DNA of 64,000 nt from the NCBI GenBank assembly GCA_017656145.1, contig JACDOI010000005.1:12941-76940 (forward strand). Reading direction: 5' to 3'. Source of the DNA: Bacillota bacterium (GTDB taxonomy: Bacteria > Bacillota > Limnochordia > Limnochordales > ZCTH02-B6). Every line of letters begins with the position of its first letter. The stretch's first letter is position 1. Positions 37,082-48,900 of this stretch are shown piece by piece. Position numbers and translations under genes: made by a program. Under the pieces are notes generated by a model. That model ran no database searches, was not told the DNA's origin, and saw only the letters and a program-made list of their open reading frames with translations.

Positions 37082-38284
37082 TTACCAGAAAAAGCTGCCG
37101 AGCAATCGGCGCGCGGTGCTGACCAACAGCGACCAGGCAGTCCCCCGGGGAATGTCAGCCGCCGCGACCAGCTCCACGCGGTCTATCTCCTGCCCGTCCT
37201 GAAGAACGATGAGCTCGCCCATGGCCTGACCCCGGCTTACCGGTGCCAGAACGCGCTCTTCCAGCCGAACTTCCCGTTCCACTTGCGCCTTGGTACCGCG
37301 GGGGACGACGACTCGAACTGCGCGCGAGGCTACAACGCCGACGTTGTCCTCTAGCCCCTTGGCCACCCGCACCCGCCCGAACGGTTCGGAGTCCTCGACG
37401 ACTTCCTGCGCCTGGTACTGGCTGAAACCCCAGTTGAGCAGCGTTCGGATGTCTTCGTCCCGGGAATCCCGGCTCGGCGCGCCCAGCACGACCGCGAGCA
37501 AGTGAAGGCCGTCCCGCACGGCGCTGGCAGCAAGACAATAGCCCGCCTCCTGGGTAAATCCCGTCTTAATGCCGTTCGCGCCTTCGTAAGAGCGCAAAAG
37601 CCGGTTGCGGTTCCAAAACTCCCGCTCCGCCCGGGTGCCGACCCGAACCCGATACGGCCCGTACGTGGAGACGAGTTCCTCAAACATGGGCAACGTGTAG
37701 GCGTACCGGGAGACGACGGCCACATCGTACGCGGACGTCACATGGGGCATGCCCGCCATCCCGACGTCTTCCGGCGGCAAACCTGAGGCGTTGGCCAATT
37801 GCGTGTTCTGCGCGCCCAGTTGCCGGGCCCGCTCGTTCATCCGGCGGGCAAAGGCTTCCTCGGTTCCCGCCAGGTGTTCGGCCACCGCCACCGCCGCGTC
37901 GTTGGCCGATTCGACTGCGATGCCGTACAAGAGGTCCCGAAATGACATCTGTTCCCCTACTTCGAGGTACACCTGGGTGCCACCCATGCTCGCCGCCCGC
38001 CTGCTCACGGTCACCAGGTCATCCAGGGCGACGCGCCCGTCCCGCAGCGCTTCCAAGGCCACCGCCAGGGTGAACACCTTGGTGACGCTGGCCGGGGGCA
38101 GGGGTTCGTGGGCGTTTTTCTCAAACAGCACCCGGCCGCTGTGGGCTTCGATGAGGATGGCGGAGCGGGCGGAAACGGGCAGATCAGGGTTCGCCGTGCT
38201 CGGCTGGGCAGCAAAAGTCACCGCCGCGGCGCAAAACAGCACGGCCAGCAAGGCGTTCGCCGACCGCCGCATCAAGGCGCGCAT
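37082..38284 (-). CDS. dacF: D-alanyl-D-alanine carboxypeptidase (PBP5 family, DacF-like)
   Basis: ATG at 38284 with AAGGAGG RBS. Signal peptide, active site PPASVTKVFT (SxxK), SANDAA-like ESANDAAV (SxN) and IKTGFT (KTG). The 145-codon extension in the track is Arg/Pro filler. Confidence 0.9.
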   Translation of the reverse strand: MRALMRRSANALLAVLFCAAAVTFAAQPSTANPDLPVSARSAILIEAHSGRVLFEKNAHEPLPPASVTKVFTLAVALEALRDGRVALDDLVTVSRRAASMGGTQVYLEVGEQMSFRDLLYGIAVESANDAAVAVAEHLAGTEEAFARRMNERARQLGAQNTQLANASGLPPEDVGMAGMPHVTSAYDVAVVSRYAYTLPMFEELVSTYGPYRVRVGTRAEREFWNRNRLLRSYEGANGIKTGFTQEAGYCLAASAVRDGLHLLAVVLGAPSRDSRDEDIRTLLNWGFSQYQAQEVVEDSEPFGRVRVAKGLEDNVGVVASRAVRVVVPRGTKAQVEREVRLEERVLAPVSRGQAMGELIVLQDGQEIDRVELVAAADIPRGTAWSLLVSTARRLLGSFFW

Positions 38285-38373
38285 CGCGCAAGCCTCCTTC
38301 AGGGCCAAGTTGCCTCCCTCCATGCCTATTCTGCGCCCGGCGGGCGTAGCACGGCGGGGGCCGCTGGCCCGGG

Positions 38374-39681
38374 TCAGCCCGCGATGCGCTGAATGACCAG
38401 GGGACGGGAACGAGGGGGTCTTTGGCTGATGACAAAGCACCGCCGGATCCGATCGGTGACGGCCGCGACCGCCTGCGGGGACGCGGCGTGGACCTCGCAC
38501 AACGGCTCGCCTTGTTCCACCCAGCTGCCGGCTTTGGCGCGCACGACCAGGCCTACCGAATGGTCGATGGCGTCCTCTTTGCGGCGGCGGCCGGCCCCAA
38601 GTTCCATGGTGATGAGCCCTAGCTGCTTGCCGTCGACCGCGGACACCCAGCCGGCCTGGGACGCCTCTACGGTCGCCCGCACGGCCGCCTGGGGGAGGCG
38701 GTCGGAATCGTCGATGCACGCAGGATCGCCGCCTTGATTGACGACCATCTCCCGGAATTTGGCTAAAGCTTTACCGCTTGTCAGCGCGTCTTGCAGAAGA
38801 TTCCGGGCTTGCTCAGCGCTTGACGCTACGCCGGCAAGAACGAGCATCTCGACACCTAAGGCGATGACAAGGTCGGTGAGATCGGCCGGCCCCTGTCCCC
38901 TTAGCGCGTCGATGGCCTCTTTCACCTCCAGGGCGTTTCCGATGGCATGGCCCAAGGGCTGATCCATGTCGGTCACCAGCGCCACGACCCGCCGGCCTGC
39001 CCGCTGGCCGATGGCGACCATCGTCTCGGCCAGTTTCCTGGCGTCCTCAAGCCGGGGAAGAAACGCCCCCCGTCCGGTCTTGACGTCGAGCACTAAGGCG
39101 TCAGCGCCCGCGGCCAATTTCTTGCTCATGATGCTGGACGCGATGAGAGGGATGCTTTCCACAGTGCCGGTCACGTCCCGGATGGCGTACAGCTGCTTGT
39201 CCGCTGGCGCCAGCTCGGCCGTTTGCCCCATGATCGCCACGTTGATCCGGTTGACGCTGTCCACAAACTCTTGCATCGACAGCTCTACACGGAAACCCGG
39301 GATCGATTCGAGCTTGTCCAAGGTTCCGCCCGTATGTCCGAGCGCCCGGCCGGACATTTTGGCCACCGGCGCTCCACAGGCTGCCACCAGCGGCGCGAGG
39401 ACGAGCGTCGTTTTGTCCCCGACCCCGCCGGTAGAATGCTTGTCCACCTTCACGCCCGCGATGGGACTCAGATCGACCGTTTGACCGCTGTCCACCATGG
39501 TTTGGGTCAGGGCGGCGGTTTCCTCATCGGTCATGCCCCGGAAAAACACCGCCATGCACCAGGCGGAGATCTGGTAATCGGCCACCTGGCCGTCCAGCCA
39601 CCCCCGGACGAGAAAGCGGATCTCCTCGGGGGACAATTCGCCCCCCTCCCGCTTTTTGATGATGAGGTCAACGGCCCGCAC
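38374..39681 (-). CDS. pdp: pyrimidine-nucleoside phosphorylase
   Basis: 435 aa with DKHSTGGVGDKTT and SGRALGHTGGTLDKLE. GTG start with GAGGGGGG RBS. Confidence 0.94.
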   Translation of the reverse strand: MRAVDLIIKKREGGELSPEEIRFLVRGWLDGQVADYQISAWCMAVFFRGMTDEETAALTQTMVDSGQTVDLSPIAGVKVDKHSTGGVGDKTTLVLAPLVAACGAPVAKMSGRALGHTGGTLDKLESIPGFRVELSMQEFVDSVNRINVAIMGQTAELAPADKQLYAIRDVTGTVESIPLIASSIMSKKLAAGADALVLDVKTGRGAFLPRLEDARKLAETMVAIGQRAGRRVVALVTDMDQPLGHAIGNALEVKEAIDALRGQGPADLTDLVIALGVEMLVLAGVASSAEQARNLLQDALTSGKALAKFREMVVNQGGDPACIDDSDRLPQAAVRATVEASQAGWVSAVDGKQLGLITMELGAGRRRKEDAIDHSVGLVVRAKAGSWVEQGEPLCEVHAASPQAVAAVTDRIRRCFVISQRPPRSRPLVIQRIAG

Positions 39682-39693
39682 CGCCGGCCCCCC

Positions 39694-40881
39694 TCACGTC
39701 GTTCCTAAAATGTCGGCCAAGAAACTGGTTCCGCAGGAAGGCCCCTCGACGCCGAAAAACTCCGCAACCGTTGCGGCCACGTCCGCGAACGTCTCACGGG
39801 TGCCCAGGGCCACGCCCGACCGGCCCGAGGGGGAGTAGCACATAAGGGGCGTGTACTCCCGGGAATGGTCCGTGCTGGGCGTCGTCGGGTCATTGCCGTG
39901 ATCGCCCACCAGGATGAGCAAGTCGCCTGGGTCAAGACCTTCGAGGAGCTCAGGCACCCGCGCGTCGAACTCCGCCAGTCCCCGGGCCATGCCCTGCGGA
40001 TCGTTGCGATGCCCCCACAGCATGTCGAAGTCGATGCAGTTCGCGAAAATGAGGCACGGTCCGGGCTCGTGGCGCAGGAGGTCGAGCACCCCGTCGACGG
40101 TCTCCTGGTTGCCCGCGGTGTGCCGGCCCCGGGTGATCCCGCGCCCAGCGAAGATGTCTTCGATCTTGCCCACCGAAAAGACGGGCACGCCTGCGGCCTG
40201 CAGCCGGTCGAGCACCGTCGGCTCCGGCGGGGCGAGGCTGAAGTCCCGCCGGCGGGGAGTGCGGTAGAACTTGCCCGGTTCGCCGGCAAAGGGGCGGGCG
40301 ATGACCCTCCCGACGGCGTGTTCGCCCGAAAGCAAGCGCCGGGCGGTGCGGCACATTTCATACAGCTCGTCCACCGGAATGACATCTTCGTGGGCCGCGA
40401 TCTGGAAAACGCTGTCCGCGGACGTGTACACGATGGGCTGGCCGGTGCGCATGTGTTCCTCGCCCAGCTCCTCCAGGATCGCGGTGCCGGAAGCGGGCTT
40501 GTTACCGAGAACGCCTCGCCCGATGGCTTCCGTGAACGGGCCGATGACTTCCGGCGGAAACCCTCTGGGGTATACAGGAAACGGTTTTTCCAGGATAACG
40601 CCCGCCAGCTCCCAATGACCTGTAGTCGTGTCTTTGCCCGCTGACTGTTCGGCCATCCGACCGAAGGCGCCGATCGGATGGGGCGCCGACGGCACACCGT
40701 CGATGCGAGCAATGTTGCCCAGGCCCAACTGCGCGAGGTTCGGGAGATCCAAGCCGCCTACTGCCCGGGCCGTGTTGACCAGCGTATTGCTGCCTTCGTC
40801 ACCGAATCGGCCGGCATCGGGCAGTTCCCCGACTCCGATGCCGTCCAAAACGATAAGCACTACGCGCGAACGGCGCCGCAC
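39694..40881 (-). CDS. deoB: phosphopentomutase
   Basis: 395 aa with [17 protein letters not shown] and [12 protein letters not shown] start with AAGGAGGTG RBS. Confidence 0.94.
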   Translation of the reverse strand: MRRRSRVVLIVLDGIGVGELPDAGRFGDEGSNTLVNTARAVGGLDLPNLAQLGLGNIARIDGVPSAPHPIGAFGRMAEQSAGKDTTTGHWELAGVILEKPFPVYPRGFPPEVIGPFTEAIGRGVLGNKPASGTAILEELGEEHMRTGQPIVYTSADSVFQIAAHEDVIPVDELYEMCRTARRLLSGEHAVGRVIARPFAGEPGKFYRTPRRRDFSLAPPEPTVLDRLQAAGVPVFSVGKIEDIFAGRGITRGRHTAGNQETVDGVLDLLRHEPGPCLIFANCIDFDMLWGHRNDPQGMARGLAEFDARVPELLEGLDPGDLLILVGDHGNDPTTPSTDHSREYTPLMCYSPSGRSGVALGTRETFADVAATVAEFFGVEGPSCGTSFLADILGTT

Positions 40882-41129
40882 CGCTCGCCACCTCCTTCTT
40901 CACCGTTCGGATTTCGGCAGCTCGCGACCGATACCCTTCCCCAGAGCGCCACGGCGCCGGACACAACGATCGGCCACGGAAGCCGCTGCCCCGGTGACGC
41001 GGCCGGCCTGAGCCATCGGTACGCCTGGAACAAGGCCCACAGCACGACAACGGCGATGAACAGCGTTCGGACCCAAGGTCCCAGGCGGCGGAGCCAGGGG
41101 CCCAAGGGGATTACGTACAGAGCCACCAC
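40860..41129 (-). CDS. possible small two-TM membrane protein (89 aa)
   Basis: Hydrophobic segments [12 protein letters not shown] and [10 protein letters not shown]. It fills the spoIIM-deoB gap and runs over the deoB RBS and start by 22 nt. The RBS is weak or too close. Confidence 0.3.
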   Translation of the reverse strand: MVALYVIPLGPWLRRLGPWVRTLFIAVVVLWALFQAYRWLRPAASPGQRLPWPIVVSGAVALWGRVSVASCRNPNGEEGGGERCGAVRA

Positions 41130-41146
41130 CTCCTAAGCGACGGCCG

Positions 41147-41785
41147 TCACGGGAGCATGCGAGCCACTGCGTCCATGAGCACGGGCGTCACGTACGCTTC
41201 CACAAAGGCGGCCGCGACAAACGCCGCGGCGCTTGTCCCAAGCAACAGGCCGGTGCCCAGCAAATGGTGATACATGCTGGTCTCCCGGCGGCCCAACAGC
41301 ACCCGGACAGCGGCCAACGAGAAGCTGATGGCGCTGGCCCCCGCCACGATGAGGGCGGGAACCGCCAGCACGTTGTGGGGAACGATCGCAGCGACAGCCA
41401 GAATGAGTCCCCGGAACATGAGCCGGTCCACTAAAAACGCGGCCGTGAATCCCAGGACAAATCCCCGCAGGAAAACGACAGCCAGGACGAAAGGCGCGCC
41501 GATGATGGAAAGACCCAACAAACCGATGAGTCCCACGGTCTTGAGCAGCTGATCGGCAGCCGCCTGCCGCAGGACGTCCTCGGGCTCGGGGAACGCCCGT
41601 TCCTTTTCAACGTCCATGAGCCCTTCCAGCTCAAGGCCGAGGGCGGCCCGTTGGTCGGTGCCGACGCGGCCGACGGCCAGTCCGCCCCAGACGGTCCCCA
41701 TGGCAAAAACGATGACGACGGAAAGATAAATCGCGGTCCTGCGGCGGAAATAGCCTTTCAGGACGTCCGCGAACCCGCCGGCCAC
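41147..41785 (-). CDS. spoIIM: stage II sporulation protein M
   Basis: 212 aa polytopic membrane protein. N-terminus FADVLKGYFRRRTAIYLSVVIVF and AIVPHNVLAVPALIVAG are typical of SpoIIM. Confidence 0.88.
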   Translation of the reverse strand: MAGGFADVLKGYFRRRTAIYLSVVIVFAMGTVWGGLAVGRVGTDQRAALGLELEGLMDVEKERAFPEPEDVLRQAAADQLLKTVGLIGLLGLSIIGAPFVLAVVFLRGFVLGFTAAFLVDRLMFRGLILAVAAIVPHNVLAVPALIVAGASAISFSLAAVRVLLGRRETSMYHHLLGTGLLLGTSAAAFVAAAFVEAYVTPVLMDAVARMLP

Positions 41786-41841
41786 CCGCGCCCACTCCTC
41801 GTCCCCGCTTCATCCCATGCGTATGCGGGCGCAGGAGGGGT

Positions 41842-43062
41842 TTAGCACCCGCGGAGCGTTTCTGTCCGCAGTCCGCCCGTCCCCGGGCCCGATACCCGGC
41901 CGTACACGCCGCCGCCGCCGGCCCGTAAAGGCAAGCGGCCTTCGCGCGCAAGCAAGATGCGGCCTGCGACGTCAGAGCCCGCCACAGCCGCCAGCTCTTC
42001 GGCTGGAATCCGGTGGAGCACCGACATTTCGGTTCCGAACGCATCCAATAGCCTCGCCATAGTACGGGGACCTACCCCCGGCACGAATGCCAGCGGCACC
42101 TGGTGGACGTAGGGCGGCCTGCCGGGCGGCGATTCCGGGTTTGAGCGGTCGGCGATTTCTTCCAGCCGGTCGAGCACCCCCTTGACCATCCGATCGCTGC
42201 CGCAACGGCCGCAGCGGTGCACCGGCGGAGGCCCGCCGGCCACCTGGCCGCAGGCGAGACAGGCGCTGCGGTAATACTTGCCGAGGCGGGGATCCAGGCC
42301 GTAGTTGGCCGCCACCCGGCGGCCGCCGTTCCGTTTCAGCGCCCGCACCAGCTCCTCAAAGGAGGGGCGTTCGACCTCCAGCGCGCTGAACTCCCGGCCG
42401 ATGCGCTCCGGCGAGTGGGCGTCGGAACTGGACAAGAACGCCCGAGAGGCGAGTTCGCTCAGCCGATCGGCCATAGCCGTGTCCGCCGACAGACCCAGTT
42501 CGACAGCGAAAACCCGCGCGGCCTCGGCGCCGAACACGTCCTCAAGCCGGGGCGCGCACGCGCCGTAAAACCCTTTGTGGGGCGTGAACACATGGGCCGG
42601 AACGAGAAACCCGCCGTGCCCCTCGGCAAGATCAAGCAAGTCTTTGGCCCGCATCCGGGTCCGCTGGGACGAAAGCTGGATGTTGCGGATTGTCCGGCCC
42701 AACACCTCGGCAGCGCCGTCGACGGACGCAAGATCCGGGAAGTAGAGGACATAGTGCGCGGGGCCGGCTCCTTCCCCGCCGATCTCCACCTCGACCGCAG
42801 GGATCAGAACCGGCCCCCCGTCAAACCGCAATCCCCCTCCGGGTTCGGGAGCCATCCGCCCCGCGTCCAAAAGGCGCCGGATGTCGTTTCGCACTCCCGG
42901 GGAGGCGCAGTCCACGACGGCCACCAGGTCGATGCCCTTGCGCCTTCGACATTCTTCCAAAACGACCTCCAGCGTCATCCGGCGCGCGGCAGAGATCTTT
43001 ACCGGATGCCCGTCGCCGGAGGAGCCCACATGGACGTGTAAGTCGGCGAAATACCGGTTCAG
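41842..43062 (-). CDS. endonuclease Q-like PHP-domain protein (TIGR00375 family), probable CTG start
   Basis: Colinear with archaeal/Bacillus EndoQ: VPAHVFTPHKGFYG, VELGLSADTAMAD, SSSDAHSPERIGREF, GLDPRLGKYYRSACLAC, CGRCG and RPPYVH. The N-terminal FADLHVHV motif lies upstream of the track GTG (43029). The only in-frame start after the TAG at 43068..43066 is CTG 43062, with GGGGGGA 6 nt upstream. Confidence 0.8.
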   Translation of the reverse strand: MNRYFADLHVHVGSSGDGHPVKISAARRMTLEVVLEECRRRKGIDLVAVVDCASPGVRNDIRRLLDAGRMAPEPGGGLRFDGGPVLIPAVEVEIGGEGAGPAHYVLYFPDLASVDGAAEVLGRTIRNIQLSSQRTRMRAKDLLDLAEGHGGFLVPAHVFTPHKGFYGACAPRLEDVFGAEAARVFAVELGLSADTAMADRLSELASRAFLSSSDAHSPERIGREFSALEVERPSFEELVRALKRNGGRRVAANYGLDPRLGKYYRSACLACGQVAGGPPPVHRCGRCGSDRMVKGVLDRLEEIADRSNPESPPGRPPYVHQVPLAFVPGVGPRTMARLLDAFGTEMSVLHRIPAEELAAVAGSDVAGRILLAREGRLPLRAGGGGVYGRVSGPGTGGLRTETLRGC

Positions 43063-44159
43063 CGCCTATCCCCCCGCCGGACAAGGTCAGCCGCAAGAAA
43101 GCCGGCGGCCGCCGCGGCCAAAAACGGCGTCGGGTCCTCGGCGGCTTCCCGGCCCATGGAGCGCGCCGGCACCCCGGCGCGCTCCAATGCCACAAGCGCC
43201 TCGCGCCCACGGTGCACCTCGACGAGGCGGTGCCGGCCCGCGATGCCGGCCTGTCGCAGTTGGCGGAGAATCTGCCCGCGAGCGGGCGGTTCCAGCGCCG
43301 GTATCGCTACCCAACACGGGCGCTGCGCGATGCGGCCCAGCGCGGTCAACGTGTGGTGGCTTACGCCCCGGTGGCGGGCCCGGGGATCGGCGAAGCTGAG
43401 CCGCAGCGCCGCCACGGCCTGCCCGCCCATGACGCCCACCGCGTCCACATGCTGCCCCGTCTCGATCGCGGTGGTGCCGTATCGGGTCCCCGTTCCCACC
43501 ACCCCCGGACCCATGGCGATCACCGCCGCATCCGCCCCCAGTACCCAGCGGGCGGCCAAAAGGCCGGAAAACAAGGTGACGGCCTCCACATCCCCGCCGA
43601 ACGCGTGGCCTACCGTGACCGTGGCGTCCACAAACCGGGCCCGTCGCAAGGCATCGACGAGACGGCTTACGGCAAGGGGCAGGGCGCCGCCGTCGGTCAT
43701 GATGTACACAAGGCGAGCCTTGTCCCCCAAGGCGACGCGCAAGGCCGCGGCCGCCGCAGCCAGCTGGCTGTGCAGTTCGGCGACGACGACAGGCAGGCCG
43801 GATACGCCGTCGGCCCGGACGAGGGTCGCATGGTGCGGGCTCGCGGGCTCCTCGGCAGCCAGCACCCTCAGCTGCAGCGGCGTGTAGCGCAATTTCATGA
43901 TGTGGCCAGGGCCGGCGGGAGCCGGACGCTCCCGGCCGAGGACGTGGACGATGAAGTGGGTGCCGCCCGTGCCCAGGCCCAGATCGACCGCGGTCGTGTT
44001 GACCGCGACCCGATCGCCGGGCTTGGCAGGCGGCGTCAACGCCTCATACAACAGCGCCCGCTCGATTTGCCGGCCAAGCTCCACATCCAGCTCCCACAGG
44101 CCCGCCCGAAGCCGGCGGACTGAAACCACCCGCCCTTCCCGCACGTGGGCGCCGCCCAA
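43059..44159 (-). CDS. conserved hypothetical protein, DUF3866-like, paired with the EndoQ-like gene
   Basis: 366 aa. TTG start with GGTGAGG RBS. The stop TGA overlaps the CTG of the downstream gene (CTGA). Family assignment is from memory of the recurrent EndoQ neighbour and was not verified. Confidence 0.6.
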   Translation of the reverse strand: MGGAHVREGRVVSVRRLRAGLWELDVELGRQIERALLYEALTPPAKPGDRVAVNTTAVDLGLGTGGTHFIVHVLGRERPAPAGPGHIMKLRYTPLQLRVLAAEEPASPHHATLVRADGVSGLPVVVAELHSQLAAAAAALRVALGDKARLVYIMTDGGALPLAVSRLVDALRRARFVDATVTVGHAFGGDVEAVTLFSGLLAARWVLGADAAVIAMGPGVVGTGTRYGTTAIETGQHVDAVGVMGGQAVAALRLSFADPRARHRGVSHHTLTALGRIAQRPCWVAIPALEPPARGQILRQLRQAGIAGRHRLVEVHRGREALVALERAGVPARSMGREAAEDPTPFLAAAAAGFLAADLVRRGDRR

Positions 44160-44201
44160 TGCCGCCTCACCGTCCTCTCCTCACTGTTTCGATTGGCGCG
44201 C

Positions 44202-44234
44202 AAAAAGCAGGTGATCGCGCAAAGACCACCTGCT
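44202..44234 (-). terminator. intrinsic terminator downstream of pnp
   Basis: Minus strand AGCAGGTG, a 13-nt loop, CACCTGCT, then TTTTTG, starting 27 nt after the pnp stop. Confidence 0.75.
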
Positions 44235-44261
44235 TCCCCTGCTCCGCTCGCGCCGGCCGGG

Positions 44262-46493
<2,232 letters not shown>

Positions 46494-46514
46494 GTGCCTT
46501 GCGGGCCGCTCAAG

Positions 46515-46543
46515 ATACAAACAAGAGCGGCCTGCACCGCTCT
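46515..46543 (-). terminator. hairpin between rpsO and pnp (partial terminator or processing site)
   Basis: Minus strand AGAGCGG-tgcagg-CCGCTCT followed by TGTTTGTAT, starting 2 nt after the rpsO stop. Confidence 0.5.
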
Positions 46544-46545
46544 GT

Positions 46546-46815
46546 TCAACGCCTCAGCCCCAGCTTCTCCACGAGCGCCCGGTACCGCTGCACATCGGTC
46601 CGCTCCAGGTAGTCGAGCAGGCCGCGCCGCTGGCCGATCATTTTGTAGAGCCCGCGCCGGGAGTGGTGATCCTTCCGGTGCACCCGAAGATGCTCGGTCA
46701 GTTCGTTGATGCGGGCCGTCAAGATGGCCACCTGCACCTCGGGCGAGCCGGTATCGGATTCGTGCTGGCGAAAATCGTTGATGATGCGGGCTTTGGCGTC
46801 CTTGGACAATGACAC
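46546..46815 (-). CDS. rpsO: 30S ribosomal protein S15
   Basis: 89 aa with [39 protein letters not shown] at 46815 with GGAGGTGGA RBS. Confidence 0.96.
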   Translation of the reverse strand: MSLSKDAKARIINDFRQHESDTGSPEVQVAILTARINELTEHLRVHRKDHHSRRGLYKMIGQRRGLLDYLERTDVQRYRALVEKLGLRR

Positions 46816-46930
46816 CGAAATCCACCTCCGATGCGGTGTAGCCCCTGGTTCCAAGCCTGCCGACCGGAGCGCGCAAGCCTAGAGCCAGGTTTCCTCGCTT
46901 AGTTATACCACACCCGCCGGGCGTTGTAAA
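46816..46930 (-). promoter_or_regulatory. rpsO promoter plus structured 5' leader
   Basis: Minus strand TTTACA (46930..46925), a 17-nt spacer, then TATAAC (46907..46902) with an upstream TG. The leader contains a CCTGG...CCAGG helix that could be an S15 autoregulatory structure. Confidence 0.5.
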
Positions 46931-46957
46931 ACATGGGACGAACGGATCGGCAACGGC

Positions 46958-47941
46958 TCAAGGCCGGGCCGGGGCCGCCTGTTCGGCTTTGAACCGGCGC
47001 CGGGCTTCCTTCACGTCGAGCTCGATCTGCCGGCGAAGCTCATCGGCGGACCGAAAGCGGCTCACGCCCCGGATCCGGTCGAGAAACGCGACTTCCGCCG
47101 GCTGGCCGTACAAGTCGCCGTGAAAGTCAAGCACGTGGACTTCTAGCGAGAGCGTGCGCCCGCCGAACGTCGGTCGGGTACCGATGACCGCCACCGCCGC
47201 CATGTCGGGCCCGGATCCGGCGGCGAACCGGACGCGGTATACGCCTTCTCCGGGAACCACAAGCCCGGGCCGGGGCTCCACATTGGCCGTAGGAAATCCC
47301 AACGTCCGACCGCGCCGCTCACCGGTTCGGACGAGCCCCGAAAGCCGGTATGGCCGACCCAGAAGCCTCGCGGCGCCTTCCACGTCGCCGGCCGAAAGCC
47401 GCTCTCGTATAAGACTGCTGGAGACGACTTGCCCGTCGACCCGCACCGGACCCACTGCATGGACGGCAAACCCGCTGCCCAGACCGATCTGTTTCAACAG
47501 GTCCACCGTTCCTTCAGCCCGGTGGCCGAACCGGAAGTTAAAGCCCACCGCCACATGGGCCGCGCCGAGTCCTGCCTTAAGCACCTCTTCGGCGAACGCC
47601 CGGGCCGGCAATCGGGCCAGTTCCTCATCAAATCGGAGGCACACCGTGGTGCGGGCGCCTGCCGAGCGCAGTTGGGCGAGCCGCTCGTCCAGGGTGCCCA
47701 GGGCCGGCGGGGAACCGCGCCCTACAACCGCCTGAGGATGGGGATCGAACGTCAACGCCACCACCGCAGCGCCGCAGCGCGCGCCCCACTTTGCGGCCGT
47801 CTCTAGGATGCGCCGGTGCCCCACGTGGACACCGTCAAAGTTGCCCACCGCGATGCTGGACAAGGGAAAGAGCGGCGCGCGAGCTCGCAGCGTTGACAAC
47901 GTCAGGCGCAAATCGGCCGGCTGTGGAGAACAATCGGTCAT
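46958..47941 (-). CDS. ribF: bifunctional riboflavin kinase / FMN adenylyltransferase
   Basis: Contains AVGNFDGVHVGHRRIL, TFDPHP and GFPTANV. ATG at 47941, 12 nt after the truB stop. Confidence 0.93.
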   Translation of the reverse strand: MTDCSPQPADLRLTLSTLRARAPLFPLSSIAVGNFDGVHVGHRRILETAAKWGARCGAAVVALTFDPHPQAVVGRGSPPALGTLDERLAQLRSAGARTTVCLRFDEELARLPARAFAEEVLKAGLGAAHVAVGFNFRFGHRAEGTVDLLKQIGLGSGFAVHAVGPVRVDGQVVSSSLIRERLSAGDVEGAARLLGRPYRLSGLVRTGERRGRTLGFPTANVEPRPGLVVPGEGVYRVRFAAGSGPDMAAVAVIGTRPTFGGRTLSLEVHVLDFHGDLYGQPAEVAFLDRIRGVSRFRSADELRRQIELDVKEARRRFKAEQAAPARP

Positions 47942-47952
47942 ATCGCGACCCT

Positions 47953-48900
47953 TTACACGAGTACGATGCGGGGCTGCCACCGTACCCGGCCCCCGCTTTC
48001 GGCCGCCTCGGCCACGGCGATGACCGTTTCGCCGGGCTCCCAAAGTCCCACGAGCCCCTGAGCGGCACGAGGAGGCATCGGTCCGGCCAAGTGCTCCGGG
48101 CCAACGGCTTGCCCATGCCGGGCGCGCGCTTGCCCTGCAGCGGACAGCTTCAATGCGGGCAGGTGGCGCAACACATGCTCTTTCGTCACAAGGCGCAATA
48201 CTCCTCGTTCCGCGTCCTGGGCCAGCTCCTCCATGGTGCGGGCGGCCTCAAGACCGAACATCCCGCAACGGGTCCGGAGGAGGAACGACATGTACGCGCC
48301 CACACCGAGCGCCTGGCCCAGCTGGTGGCAGAGCGTTCGCACGTACGTGCCTTTGGAACATTCGATGTCGAGCAGCACCCGGGTCCCGGCCGGAAGCACC
48401 GGCCCATCCGGCTCGATACGCACGACTTGCAGCCGGCCGATCCGGACCCGGCGGGCCGGCCGCGGCACCTCGATCCCTTGACGGGCCAGCTCGTAGAGGT
48501 GCCGGCCCCGGTGACGGATCGCGGACGTCATCGGCGGTATTTGTTCGATCTCGCCGGCAAACCGGGCCACAACCTCGTCCAGTTTCTCCCGGGCCACCGT
48601 CCCCTCAGGACAGGTGCTCACGATCTTTCCGAATGCGTCGTGGGAATCGGTGGAGACCCCGAGCACCATTTCTGCCCGGTACTCTTTATCATCGGCTTGT
48701 AACAGCTCCACAAGGCGGGTCGCGCGGCCGACGCACAACACGAGCACCCCGGCGGCCCCGGGGTCCAACGTGCCCGTGTGCCCCACGCGCTTTGTACCAA
48801 GCAGCCGGCGGGCAAAGGCGACAACGTCGTGGGATGTGACTCCGGGCGGCTTCAACACGGGCAGCACGCCGTCCGCTGCGCCATGAACGCCCGCGCTCAC
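47953..48900 (-). CDS. truB: tRNA pseudouridine(55) synthase
   Basis: 315 aa with KPPGVTSHDVV and the catalytic motif GHTGTLDPGAAGVL. GTG overlaps the nrnA stop (GTGA). Confidence 0.95.
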   Translation of the reverse strand: MSAGVHGAADGVLPVLKPPGVTSHDVVAFARRLLGTKRVGHTGTLDPGAAGVLVLCVGRATRLVELLQADDKEYRAEMVLGVSTDSHDAFGKIVSTCPEGTVAREKLDEVVARFAGEIEQIPPMTSAIRHRGRHLYELARQGIEVPRPARRVRIGRLQVVRIEPDGPVLPAGTRVLLDIECSKGTYVRTLCHQLGQALGVGAYMSFLLRTRCGMFGLEAARTMEELAQDAERGVLRLVTKEHVLRHLPALKLSAAGQARARHGQAVGPEHLAGPMPPRAAQGLVGLWEPGETVIAVAEAAESGGRVRWQPRIVLV

